A stretch of 64,000 nt of DNA, taken from contig JAIOOV010000004.1 in NCBI GenBank assembly GCA_021414235.1, forward strand, positions 473,591 through 537,590, read 5' to 3'. The stretch comes from Candidatus Parcubacteria bacterium. GTDB taxonomy: Bacteria > Patescibacteriota > Minisyncoccia > Phycocordibacterales > JAKFXT01. A model generated the notes under the pieces. That model saw nothing but the letters and a program-made list of their open reading frames with translations. It had not been told where the DNA came from and made no database searches. Position numbers and translations under genes: made by a program. Shown one piece after another: positions 47,135 to 56,156 of the stretch (position 1 is its first letter; each line of letters opens with the position of its first letter).

Positions 47135-48145
47135 TCAGCGGATTATCTGAGAACCGGCCACACAGCTCTGTCGTGCATCTTCCGAAAGTCCGGCGCAGAG
47201 CTGAGGCGAGAGATCCCGCACGCGAGGCTCTGCGAAGAAGCTCCAGGAAGCCCCCTGGCGGCACAGCAGCTGTTCTTCCGTCCCAACGAGACTATTGCAG
47301 ACAGCGAGAGACTTCTTTACATCATACCCCGACTCCGGAGCCACGATATTGCCGATACCTTTGAAGCACGCCTCCCGCTCGCCCTTCGCACCAACCTCGG
47401 CACAGAGAGCGGCTGCTGGAGCGGCATCTCCATTAAATGTCCGCATCCACCATTGCGGCATATCGAAATAGCAGGCTTCGCGATATATGGAAAGAGCGTC
47501 GCAGGGCGCATGCGCCTTCTTCGGGTCGAACATGCGCGGGGAGGTAAGGTCGGGATCAGCCATCGTATGAAAATTGTACTCCATGAAGACTCCGCCGGAG
47601 CAGCCGCCGATCGGTCCTTTCCAGGTGAGCGTCGCACAGATATCGAGCGCCTCCGCGAGTTTGTCATCGCCGACAGACCACAGGAGGCCGTGCCCGATTC
47701 CATGCGAGCAGCCCAGGCCCTTCTCTCCCCACGCTGCCACGCAGGCGCGATCAAGCTGGCCAAGCACTTCTACCCCATGCTCGCTGATGGCCCGCCCGAA
47801 GAAGCTGTGGTAGCAGCCGAAGCCGAACGAGCTGTCACAGACCGCGACCCCAGGAAGTCCCTCTTTCTCATACAGTAACTCCCCAAAGACATGCGCAAGC
47901 GAATGCGCCGAGCCAGGCGGAAGCTTTCCGTACACCTCCACGAATTTCTGGTACGCAGCCTTCGCACCCAGCGTATCTATGGTCTCTGCCCACTCAGCCT
48001 TCTCACGCTTAAAATATTTGGATTGGAGCCGTGGTGGATCAGGGACCTCGGTGCCGCGCGAGATATACAGATAGTATGCTTCGCCAGCTACGAAAAAGAT
48101 CAGGATAGCGGCGGCGAAAATAAGTTTTAACGGGTAACGGCGCAT
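47135..48145 (-). CDS. Membrane-anchored Cys/His-rich protein, paralog B
   Basis: 336 aa. CSHGIGHGLLWS and SAHSLAHVFG motifs. Confidence 0.6.
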   Translation of the reverse strand: MRRYPLKLIFAAAILIFFVAGEAYYLYISRGTEVPDPPRLQSKYFKREKAEWAETIDTLGAKAAYQKFVEVYGKLPPGSAHSLAHVFGELLYEKEGLPGVAVCDSSFGFGCYHSFFGRAISEHGVEVLGQLDRACVAAWGEKGLGCSHGIGHGLLWSVGDDKLAEALDICATLTWKGPIGGCSGGVFMEYNFHTMADPDLTSPRMFDPKKAHAPCDALSIYREACYFDMPQWWMRTFNGDAAPAAALCAEVGAKGEREACFKGIGNIVAPESGYDVKKSLAVCNSLVGTEEQLLCRQGASWSFFAEPRVRDLSPQLCAGLSEDARQSCVAGSQIIR

Positions 48146-49335
48146 GAGGCAGTATAGGGTTGCGGATAAGCAGCGCAGAACTCTCTCATGTAACGACCAT
48201 CGCGGCCTCTAAAATAACGCGCCATATCTGCGAGCCGGGTGAAGCAATCTCTCTGATCGCCCTCTTCCGGAATCACGCTGCAGTAACGTACCGAGGCATG
48301 GAAATCATTCTCCCCTCCCCAATAAAGCGAAGCGACTGCCTGAAAGGAGCAATCCCTCCTGCCATCTTCCGCTGGCGAGAGCGAGCACCACTCATACATC
48401 GTACGCATAGCCTCATCCGGAAGTGATGTCACCGCACGTACATCGCGAGAAGAGAGGATTACCGGGAACTCCTTACCGAAACCACCGAAGCAGGCGCGCC
48501 GATCCTCTCTCTGTGTGAGCGCGTCACAATAGGTCATGCCAATCCTGAAATCTTCCGCCTTCGGAGCTCCCAGATTGCCTCCGGCAGCCTCCATAAGATG
48601 CGGAGTGAGGTAGGTGTAGCAGAAGCCGCGCACATCCTTCGGCATGAAATCCGCGTCACAGGGATAGAGCGGATCTTCCTCCTTGAAATATTTCTTCGCC
48701 TTCTCCTCGCGGAGCTTAGGATCATGTACGCCGCCGGTCATCTCCATGATGGTGCCGCCGATGCACTCCTGGTATTCGTTCGCCTTGTTACCAGCAGATT
48801 CCCCCGCGCGCTTACAGAGCGGCACCGCCTGATCCAGTTCGTAATCCGTATATGCAAGCACGCCATGCCCCAGGCCGTGATAGCACATGTTGTACGCTCC
48901 GGCACCGCCGGGAGCCTTGCGACAGATCGCAGCCACCTTCTCGAGCACGGGCGGCCCGAACTCGAGAAGCGCGCCGATCACTACCGTATGCGAGCAGGCG
49001 TTGCGCAGATCAGGCGTGCAGTAGGCCATACCCTCGAGGCCATATTGCTTGTAGAGCTCATCCCCCACCGTATGTCCCACGAGATGCATGTCCACACCGG
49101 GGACAGAAGGCATGCGGATGAGCACCTGGTACGCATACGGAGCACCTTTGGCTTCGGCAAGATCCCGAAAGTATCGCGAGAGCTCGGGGAAGGAGCGTGG
49201 TGTCTGGAGTTCAGCGAGTTCCGGATATGAACCCGCGCTCGCAAAGAGAAGATAGCCCCCGAGAGAGAGATTCAGAAGGAGAAGGGCGGCAGCTGAAGAG
49301 AGAATCAGCCGGTACCGGAAGAGAGACCGCATCAA
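48127..49335 (-). CDS. Membrane-anchored Cys/His-rich protein, paralog C
   Basis: 402 aa. MCYHGLGHGVLAYT and HLVGHTVGDELY motifs. Confidence 0.6.
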   Translation of the reverse strand: MMRSLFRYRLILSSAAALLLLNLSLGGYLLFASAGSYPELAELQTPRSFPELSRYFRDLAEAKGAPYAYQVLIRMPSVPGVDMHLVGHTVGDELYKQYGLEGMAYCTPDLRNACSHTVVIGALLEFGPPVLEKVAAICRKAPGGAGAYNMCYHGLGHGVLAYTDYELDQAVPLCKRAGESAGNKANEYQECIGGTIMEMTGGVHDPKLREEKAKKYFKEEDPLYPCDADFMPKDVRGFCYTYLTPHLMEAAGGNLGAPKAEDFRIGMTYCDALTQREDRRACFGGFGKEFPVILSSRDVRAVTSLPDEAMRTMYEWCSLSPAEDGRRDCSFQAVASLYWGGENDFHASVRYCSVIPEEGDQRDCFTRLADMARYFRGRDGRYMREFCAAYPQPYTASCAVTR

Positions 49336-49342
49336 GAAGTGA

Positions 49343-49879
49343 TTACTCCGTCACGAAGATCATGCCAGAGGCGCTTACGGAAGATCCGCAGCCGTAGCCG
49401 TAGATGCCGCCATTCTGGGCAAATGCGACCTTGAACTCCTTGGTTTCTCCAGCAGGAACGGAGTACACGGAATCCTTATTGAAGGCGATGGTCTGCTCTA
49501 CCGTTGCCGTGTTCTTTATTTTAAGAGGCGCGCCTTTCTTTAGCGCGAGCACCACCGGCTTCACAGAACAACTCGTGCCGATCTCAAGCGCCGGGACCGT
49601 TTTAGCTGCAGAGACCACTACATCAAAGAATGCTTTCTGCTCTGCCGCCGTCGCATTCTGGGAAGGAGGCGTAAGCGCTTTCTTCTCCTCAGCAGAGAGC
49701 TCGTAGGAAGAGCCAGCGGGAAGATTCACCCCAGTAGAAGGAGTCTGCGGAGCGTTTGTCGAAGGATTCTGGGAGGTCGTGCCCGCAAGAGGCTTATAAT
49801 CCCGCACATAGATGAGATAACCGAGGACGACAGCGCCGACCGCAAGTACCCCGACGATGATCTTTAATGTTCGCTCCAT
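49343..49879 (-). CDS. Membrane-anchored hypothetical protein (178 aa)
   Basis: N-terminal TM, Ser/Thr/Pro linker, C-terminal beta-rich domain ending GGIYGYGCGSSVSASGMIFVTE. Confidence 0.5.
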   Translation of the reverse strand: MERTLKIIVGVLAVGAVVLGYLIYVRDYKPLAGTTSQNPSTNAPQTPSTGVNLPAGSSYELSAEEKKALTPPSQNATAAEQKAFFDVVVSAAKTVPALEIGTSCSVKPVVLALKKGAPLKIKNTATVEQTIAFNKDSVYSVPAGETKEFKVAFAQNGGIYGYGCGSSVSASGMIFVTE

Positions 49880-49937
49880 ATGATTATATTTATGATTACA
49901 GTGAGTATACTCCGTTCGACGTCTCCATTATCCCCAG

Positions 49938-50795
49938 TTAGATCTCCTCAAAAGCAGGATTGACCCGGCAATCCACCGTCTTCGAGGTATTAACTTCAGA
50001 ACCGTTGTAGCAACGTACTGTGTAGGTACTCGTCTCGGTGACATTCGGTACGGATACCGAACCGGATGTCCCTGTCTGGCTCACTCCTGGGCCCGTGACC
50101 GTGCAGGAAGTAGCATTCGTCGCTGACCAGGTGAAGCTGCAGGAAGCGCCTTTGTTGATCACGATGGAGGGAGCGGCAGGAACCGTGGTGATGGTGGGCG
50201 CCGTACAAGAGGATTCCGGCGGAGCCACGGTAGCGGAACACGCACCCGCACAGCTATACGTACCGTAGGTCACCGCGCCGCAGCTATTAGCGGCAGATGT
50301 ACAGACCTGTCCCTGGTTGGCAGAGCAATAAGAAGCTTGGTAGTAGCCCTGGGAGTAGTAGTAGCCTTGATAGTACCCCTGCGAGTAATAGTAAGGTTGG
50401 TAATACCCCTGAGAGTAGTAGTAGCCTTGGGAATAGTAGTAGCCTTCGTAATACCCCTGGTAGTAAGACTGGTAATAACTTTGATAATACGATTGATAGT
50501 ACCCTTGGTAGTAACCCTGGTAGTACCCCTGATAGTAGGATTGGTAGTAGCCTTGGTAATACCCCTCTGCATAAGAATCCCCCGAAGCCGGGAGTATGAC
50601 TCCTCCCTCCTCTCCATTCGGTGAGAGCGAGTTGTAATCAATCTCTGGAGACTGCGGACCAGAGCTCTTCTCCAAATACCCCAAACTTGCTAGAGAGATG
50701 ACGAGAAAGATTGCCACACTCGCAAAGGAAAGGAGCCTGCGCTCGCGGAGTAGGTTAGAAAATCTTTTATTTATTTCACGAAAAAAGTGCCTCAT
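49938..50795 (-). CDS. Tyr/Gln/Gly-rich repeat protein 1 (YYQGYYQS repeats) with N-terminal anchor and conserved Cys-rich C-terminal domain
   Basis: 285 aa. About 25 copies of (G/S)YYQ-type units, then the ASYCSANQGQVCTSAANSCGAVTYGTYSCAGACSATVAP domain ending CRVNPAFEEI. Confidence 0.7.
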   Translation of the reverse strand: MRHFFREINKRFSNLLRERRLLSFASVAIFLVISLASLGYLEKSSGPQSPEIDYNSLSPNGEEGGVILPASGDSYAEGYYQGYYQSYYQGYYQGYYQGYYQSYYQSYYQSYYQGYYEGYYYSQGYYYSQGYYQPYYYSQGYYQGYYYSQGYYQASYCSANQGQVCTSAANSCGAVTYGTYSCAGACSATVAPPESSCTAPTITTVPAAPSIVINKGASCSFTWSATNATSCTVTGPGVSQTGTSGSVSVPNVTETSTYTVRCYNGSEVNTSKTVDCRVNPAFEEI

Positions 50796-50857
50796 CGTAC
50801 GTCTTTTATTGTAGCACTATGTAAACCCCCCTGACACCAGCGAGGTACGTCCAATTC

Positions 50858-51775
50858 TTAGATTTCTTCAAAAGTCGGATTGACCTGGCAGTTCACCGTC
50901 TTTGTGGTATTCACCATGGAGCCATTGTAACAACGCACTTGGTAGCTTCTCGATTGCGTGATATCAGGGACAGACACTGAGCCCGAAAGACCAGTGGAAT
51001 TCACCCCAGGACCGGTCACGACGCAAGAAGTAGCATTAGCACTGCTCCAGCTAAAGCTGCAAGCATCGCCTCTATTGATGACGATTGTCGGAGAAGGAGG
51101 CGCAACAGTGATAACTGGGACGACGCAGGAAGATTCCGCAGGAGCCACGGTAGCGGAACACGCACCCGCACAGCTATACGTACCGTAGGTCACCGCGCCG
51201 CAGCTATTAGCGGCAGATGTACAGACCTGTCCCTGGTTGGCAGAGCAATAAGAAGCTTGGTAGTAACCTTGATAATAACCTTGATACGCCGCTTGATAGG
51301 CGGACTGGTAATAGCTCTGGTAGTAGGATTGATAAGCAGCCTCATATCCAGCTTGGTAATACCCTTCGTAATAAGGCTGATAGTAGCTCTCGTACGTAGA
51401 CTGATATTGGCTCTGGTAATACGCCTCGTAGGTCGACTGGTACTGGCTTTGATAGTAACCCTCGTACGTAGACTGATATTGGCTCTGGTAATACGCCTCG
51501 TAGGTCGACTGGTACTGGCTCTGGTAATAGCTTTGGTAAGCAGCTTCAAAATAAGAATCCCCCGAAGCCGGGAGTATGACTCCCCCCTCCTCACCATTCG
51601 GTGAGAGCGAGTTGTAATCAATCTCTGGAGACTGCGGACCGTTATCAATCGGCTGAAGGTAGCTCAAGGCGGAAATCACAGCCAAAACCAGAGCCAATAC
51701 CGCCAGAAAGAGCAACTTCCGATCACACAGCAAAGCGCCCATATTACGCCGCCATCTCTTAAGAAGGTACTTCAT
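50858..51775 (-). CDS. Tyr/Gln-rich repeat protein 2 (YYQSQYQSTYEA repeats), tandem paralog of 49938..50795
   Basis: 305 aa. Shares two exact or near-exact nucleotide blocks with its neighbour (50221-50345 = 51142-51266; 50572-50660 ~ 51552-51640). Confidence 0.7.
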   Translation of the reverse strand: MKYLLKRWRRNMGALLCDRKLLFLAVLALVLAVISALSYLQPIDNGPQSPEIDYNSLSPNGEEGGVILPASGDSYFEAAYQSYYQSQYQSTYEAYYQSQYQSTYEGYYQSQYQSTYEAYYQSQYQSTYESYYQPYYEGYYQAGYEAAYQSYYQSYYQSAYQAAYQGYYQGYYQASYCSANQGQVCTSAANSCGAVTYGTYSCAGACSATVAPAESSCVVPVITVAPPSPTIVINRGDACSFSWSSANATSCVVTGPGVNSTGLSGSVSVPDITQSRSYQVRCYNGSMVNTTKTVNCQVNPTFEEI

Positions 51776-51784
51776 CCTATTTTG

Positions 51785-52609
51785 TTACTGAATCGCACTT
51801 AAGTCTGCCCCAGAGAGGAGTAGAAGATTTTTCTCTACAGAGCGCAGAGAACCCGCAAGACCTTGTGGATGATATCGAGCGTCGTTCCCAGGGTACGCCC
51901 TACCCCACTCCTCTGGCGTCATGGCTTTGAAACCAGCAAGAGCTTTCTCCAGGGCACTACGAGCCTCTTCCCTCTCTCCGAGATTAAGGAGCGCAACACC
52001 AAGAGAGTTCTGAAGCCAAGGATTCTCCGGATGATAAGAAAGGGCCTTTTCTGCAACCGTAAGGACATCCTTATAGCGACCCTGCCGAAAATAGATCCAA
52101 CAGAGGTCATTCGCTCCCGCCCAGCTCTCCGGTTCCAATTCCAGATACCTAGCGAAGTCACCCTCTGCCTCCGAGAGATTATTCCTATATCCGTACACAA
52201 GCCCACGCATGTAATAAGCGTTGTGGATGGAAGAATCCAGCCGCAGGGTCTCGTTTATAGCCTCGATAGCTTTGCTATAACGCCCCTGAAAGAAATAAAC
52301 CCGGGAGAGACCGAAATGGATATATCCCGGCTCTGGATACCCTAAGTCGAGAGCCCTCTTATAAAGTTCCTCTGCCTTCTTTAGGTCATGAGCATTCTCT
52401 CCGAGATAAAAATTACCCGCGCGATAGGCTAAGCTAGCATCCTCCGGCGCAAGCGCGAGAGCTACGGCAGGCATATGTAGCCTCTCCATAAACACATGGG
52501 CCCACAAGGGTCGATGGAAATCGACATAGGAATAGAGGCTCTTCCAACTAAGAAGAGTCGTGAGAGCGAGGAGAAGACCAAGGAGGCAAAGAACCGCACG
52601 CAGGCGCAT
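51785..52609 (-). CDS. TPR-repeat protein with signal/anchor
   Basis: 274 aa, multiple TPR-like helices (AYRAGNFYLGENAHDLKKAEELYKRALDL...). Confidence 0.6.
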   Translation of the reverse strand: MRLRAVLCLLGLLLALTTLLSWKSLYSYVDFHRPLWAHVFMERLHMPAVALALAPEDASLAYRAGNFYLGENAHDLKKAEELYKRALDLGYPEPGYIHFGLSRVYFFQGRYSKAIEAINETLRLDSSIHNAYYMRGLVYGYRNNLSEAEGDFARYLELEPESWAGANDLCWIYFRQGRYKDVLTVAEKALSYHPENPWLQNSLGVALLNLGEREEARSALEKALAGFKAMTPEEWGRAYPGNDARYHPQGLAGSLRSVEKNLLLLSGADLSAIQ

Positions 52610-52652
52610 AGATATGAATATTGTATAGTAAGGACGCTAAGCGCCCAAGCCG

Positions 52653-54119
52653 ATGAATACCCAGTATCAAAGAGAAGACCCGCGCAGACTTGAGGTTGCG
52701 ATCCGTACAAAAGATTTTGCTTCTCTCTATGTGAAATCTTACTGGAAACGAAGTTTCCTAGAAGCCCTCCTTGGGACCCTGGAGGAACGTCTCGGGATAG
52801 AAATCTTGACCAAAGTACCGGAGAATCTTCGTGATGTTCACCTGCTGATATTCAAGAACCTGACAATCATAGAAAAATTGAGGAGACAGGGAATATTAGA
52901 GAAGGTCGAAGTCCTTAATCCTCCACCAGATGAGCCCCCTCTATACCGCGTTCATACAAAGGGCCATCTTCGCGCCTCCGGTGCAAGCTTCCTTGATCCT
53001 GAAAAAGCCCTGTGGAGCGCGCTCGGGGAGTGCGTCGAACGCTCTCTATGGTCAGGCTCTTCGGAATGGTACGAAAAGAAGATCAAGGTCTCTTCGTATA
53101 AAGAGCTTCCTGGGGATAAGATAGACCCCCGCTCAATTACTGGTTTCTCCGAGGAACAGAAGAGCTTGGATCCGATGCTACAAGTGGATGAATCGACAGT
53201 TCTCGGCTGGGTACAAGCCAAAGAAAAAATCTCCGGAAAGATGATCTGGGTACCTCTCCAGCTTTTCAGCGCCGAATATTGCCAGAAGAGACAGAAGTCT
53301 CCTGAACGACCGGAAAACGTCGAGCCACTTCTCCGTTCCGCCGTAACCACAGGACTCGCGACTTCTTCACATAGCCACGAAGAAGCCGTCCTCTACGGGG
53401 CATTGGAAGCGATCGAACGCGATGCTTTCATGATCTGCTGGCTCAAACGCCTCTCGCCTCCTCGCATCGATATCAATCACCTCGCCGAACAAGACGATGA
53501 TCTGAAAAGCATTCTTGATTCCCTGGCTCGCTACCACCTCCGTGCAGAACTGCTTCTACTTCCGACTGATTTTCCTTTCCTGGTCATCGCAGCCGTTCTG
53601 CTCGATGAAAGCGGAAAGGGGCCGGCGTTTACTATGGGCGCAAAGGCGCATTGGGATATGAAAACCGCCATCCTTGGAGCCCTCTCTGAAGCCGCTAGCG
53701 TACGCTTTTCTCTTAAAACCGCATACGAAGCCCCTGTGGACATGAAGAAGGTCGGTCGCAAGGAGCGCTTGATCTATTGGGCAAAGGAGGAAAACACCCC
53801 GAAACGCAGCTTTCTTACACAGGGGGAAATAAGAAAGATCACTCTAGAAGAGAATAAGAGTGATACTGGCACAGAATCTCTCCGACTGTCGGAAGCCTTG
53901 AGAAATAAGAAATATCCATTGTATGAAGTCGAGATAAGTTCCGAAGCAAGCCGTAGAAGCGGTTTTCGTTCAGTCTGTGTGCATATCCCTGACCTGCAGC
54001 CGATGCATCTCGACGAGCGAGTTCCCGCTCTCGCCGGAAAACGCCTGGCAGAGATTCCCTCTCTCCTCGGATACGAACCCGCCAAAGAAATGAATCCTGA
54101 ACCCCACCCCTTTCCATGA
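52653..54119 (+). CDS. YcaO-domain protein, azoline-forming cyclodehydratase type (C-terminal PxPxP)
   Basis: GASFLDPEKALWSALGECVERSLW and HEEAVLYGALEAIERDAFMICWL (YcaO ATP-binding Glu motifs). Extreme C-terminus NPEPHPFP. Stop TGA overlaps the start of the next gene (ATGA). Confidence 0.8.
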   Translation: MNTQYQREDPRRLEVAIRTKDFASLYVKSYWKRSFLEALLGTLEERLGIEILTKVPENLRDVHLLIFKNLTIIEKLRRQGILEKVEVLNPPPDEPPLYRVHTKGHLRASGASFLDPEKALWSALGECVERSLWSGSSEWYEKKIKVSSYKELPGDKIDPRSITGFSEEQKSLDPMLQVDESTVLGWVQAKEKISGKMIWVPLQLFSAEYCQKRQKSPERPENVEPLLRSAVTTGLATSSHSHEEAVLYGALEAIERDAFMICWLKRLSPPRIDINHLAEQDDDLKSILDSLARYHLRAELLLLPTDFPFLVIAAVLLDESGKGPAFTMGAKAHWDMKTAILGALSEAASVRFSLKTAYEAPVDMKKVGRKERLIYWAKEENTPKRSFLTQGEIRKITLEENKSDTGTESLRLSEALRNKKYPLYEVEISSEASRRSGFRSVCVHIPDLQPMHLDERVPALAGKRLAEIPSLLGYEPAKEMNPEPHPFP

Positions 54120-54874
54120 ATAACCATTTCGCCAAGCGGTTCCATCATCAAGCCATCGCGAACTGGCGTCTACCCAAAACTCGCGATGCCAAGAATCCGA
54201 TCCCCAGGGAAGATATCTTATTCAAGACATACCCTCGCTCTGAAAACACGGCGCTCGCCGAGCCGCTTCCCCTCAGCCATACACTCGAGAAAACCCTCTC
54301 CGAGCGGAAGACGACGCGCTCCTTCGATCCAGTCTCCGCCGTCAGTTTCCAAGAACTCTCTTCCCTGCTCTTCTGGAGCGCCGGACTTAGAGAGAACCGT
54401 ACAGACCCACAACAGAGCAAACGGTTCTATCCATCCGCGGGAGAACGTTATCCGCTAGAGATATATATAGCTGCGCGCAACGTCGATGGCTTGCCTAAAG
54501 GCCTGTATCACTTCAATCTCCTCAAGAACTCTCTGGAGAAGATAGGTGGTGAGGAATACTGCGATAATTTTCAAAAAAACCTCGGGTACGAATGGTCTAG
54601 GGATACCGCAGTAGCCATCCTCATCACCGGAGTATGGGAGCGGACTTTCTCAAAATACGGGGATTTCGGATATCGGCTCATATGTACAGAAGCCGGACAT
54701 GTGGCGCAAAATCTACAGCTCATAGCCCAATCCCTTGGTCTGGACTATGCCTCTATCGCAGGGTTCAAAGAAAAAGAGATGGATACCCTCCTAAATCTGG
54801 ACTCGGATAAAGAATCATCTCTCTACCTGACCCTCATAGGAAAAGCTACACCTTCCACCCGAACGAACGCATGA
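54116..54874 (+). CDS. SagB-type (McbC-like) FMN-dependent dehydrogenase of the nitroreductase superfamily
   Basis: SERKTTRSFDPVSAVSFQELSSLLFWSAGL...YPSAGERYPLEIYI...ICTEAGHVAQNLQLIAQSLGL. Translationally coupled to the YcaO gene. Confidence 0.75.
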   Translation: MNNHFAKRFHHQAIANWRLPKTRDAKNPIPREDILFKTYPRSENTALAEPLPLSHTLEKTLSERKTTRSFDPVSAVSFQELSSLLFWSAGLRENRTDPQQSKRFYPSAGERYPLEIYIAARNVDGLPKGLYHFNLLKNSLEKIGGEEYCDNFQKNLGYEWSRDTAVAILITGVWERTFSKYGDFGYRLICTEAGHVAQNLQLIAQSLGLDYASIAGFKEKEMDTLLNLDSDKESSLYLTLIGKATPSTRTNA

Positions 54875-55940
54875 GTGCGGCGAACTCTTCATCTACCAGA
54901 GAAATACGTTCTACATTAAGCCGCGTCTGTACATCGGACAGAGCCTCTTTGCTTGCCAGGTACTTATAGAAACGCTCGTTGCGATACGCAGGATCAGAGA
55001 ACGGCGCAAGGAGGACGGATATCTCTCCCGCTTTTGACTTTCCATACTGTTGAGAAAGATACAGGGCGTATTGATACCCTGTCCAAATGCGCTGATCACG
55101 GTTACCCTCCGTCAGATTCCACGCCTCTTTATAGAGAGCCTCTGCTTCAGCTGCATGATCTTCGCCTGTGAGAGTAGCGATGCCGAGCAGGATAGCCTGT
55201 CGCGTGATGCGCGCGGAAAGCACGGAATTATCGAAGCCCAAGGTACGGGCTGCGATGAGTTCATCGTTGCCTATGCGTATCGCCTCGTGCACCTGGTTCC
55301 ACAGAGACTTAAGATTTTCTTCATCCGCGCTCGTACGAGCCTGCCTCACACTGAGCGCAAGGATCTCAGGGAAGGATTTATCAAAAGAAATACGGAAGAG
55401 AGAGACAGCCGTAGGATAAAAAGAGCTTGCATACTCCGAGAGTCGAGTATATGCCGCCTCAATATTCCCATTGGAGTTGAAGGCAGAGTACGGGGTCTTG
55501 TCGAAGACGTATTTCGAATATTCCGGATCTTTGTTATTAGCCAAGTAAAGCTCGCCCATAAGCTGGATAGACCAAGCGCGAATGATGTCCGCATAATTCT
55601 CATTGGCAGCCACCTCTCGGAGCGTAGCTATAGAACTCTGATATTCCTTAGCGAGTCCCTGAGCATACCCCACATTATATTTGATATACCCTTCTTGATT
55701 GAGATCCTGGGCATCAAGCAATGCCGCTTGGAAGAAGGGAATAGCTTTAGAGAATTCACGGGCCTTCATGTGCGCAAGACCTTTTTTGAAATCCGCATTC
55801 TGCTCCCTAACATACGTCACCGTATTCGGCTTCACAGAGGGTTCTTGCGATTGAGCATAAAGATAATAAATACTCCCCAAGAAGAGAACTAGGAGCAAGG
55901 CGCCGATAATAGTGCGGGATGTGAGATAAGAGCGAAGCAT
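54846..55940 (-). CDS. Membrane-anchored TPR-like or helical-repeat hypothetical protein
   Basis: 364 aa. N-terminal TM. Start codon is 3 nt downstream of the stop of the small Gly/Cys ORF. Confidence 0.5.
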   Translation of the reverse strand: MLRSYLTSRTIIGALLLVLFLGSIYYLYAQSQEPSVKPNTVTYVREQNADFKKGLAHMKAREFSKAIPFFQAALLDAQDLNQEGYIKYNVGYAQGLAKEYQSSIATLREVAANENYADIIRAWSIQLMGELYLANNKDPEYSKYVFDKTPYSAFNSNGNIEAAYTRLSEYASSFYPTAVSLFRISFDKSFPEILALSVRQARTSADEENLKSLWNQVHEAIRIGNDELIAARTLGFDNSVLSARITRQAILLGIATLTGEDHAAEAEALYKEAWNLTEGNRDQRIWTGYQYALYLSQQYGKSKAGEISVLLAPFSDPAYRNERFYKYLASKEALSDVQTRLNVERISLVDEEFAALMRSFGWKV

Positions 55941-55943
55941 GAT

Positions 55944-56156
55944 TTAGGAACCACCGCACCCCTCGCAACCACAGCCATCGGCGCTACCGCCGCCATCCCC
56001 TCCACCTGAACACTCACAATCCTTCCCGCCTCCCTGCGCAAGCACTGAGGAAATCTTCTGTTCGCTCCAGAAGGAAGCATCTCCATTCGACCTATCAAGC
56101 GCCGCATGAAACATGAAAGCGGCGCTTACCCCCGCCACGACGCCCAACCCCTTCAT
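55944..56156 (-). CDS. Small Gly/Ser/Cys-rich peptide (70 aa from ATG 56156, or 85 aa from GTG 56201). Candidate McbA-like TOMM precursor, or a metal-binding peptide.
   Basis: C-terminal tail AQGGGKDCECSGGGDGGGSADGCGCEGCGGS. Homologous to the N-terminal region of the 24282..26123 protein (FAQEGGDGGG...GGCEGCGG). Confidence 0.45.
   Translation of the reverse strand: MKGLGVVAGVSAAFMFHAALDRSNGDASFWSEQKISSVLAQGGGKDCECSGGGDGGGSADGCGCEGCGGS

Noticed and set aside
54116-54119. Alternative genetic code (UGA recoded, as in SR1/Gracilibacteria)
   Set aside because: UGA functions as the stop of the YcaO gene in the ATGA overlap, and long ORFs are intact under code 11 with plausible termini. No need for recoding.
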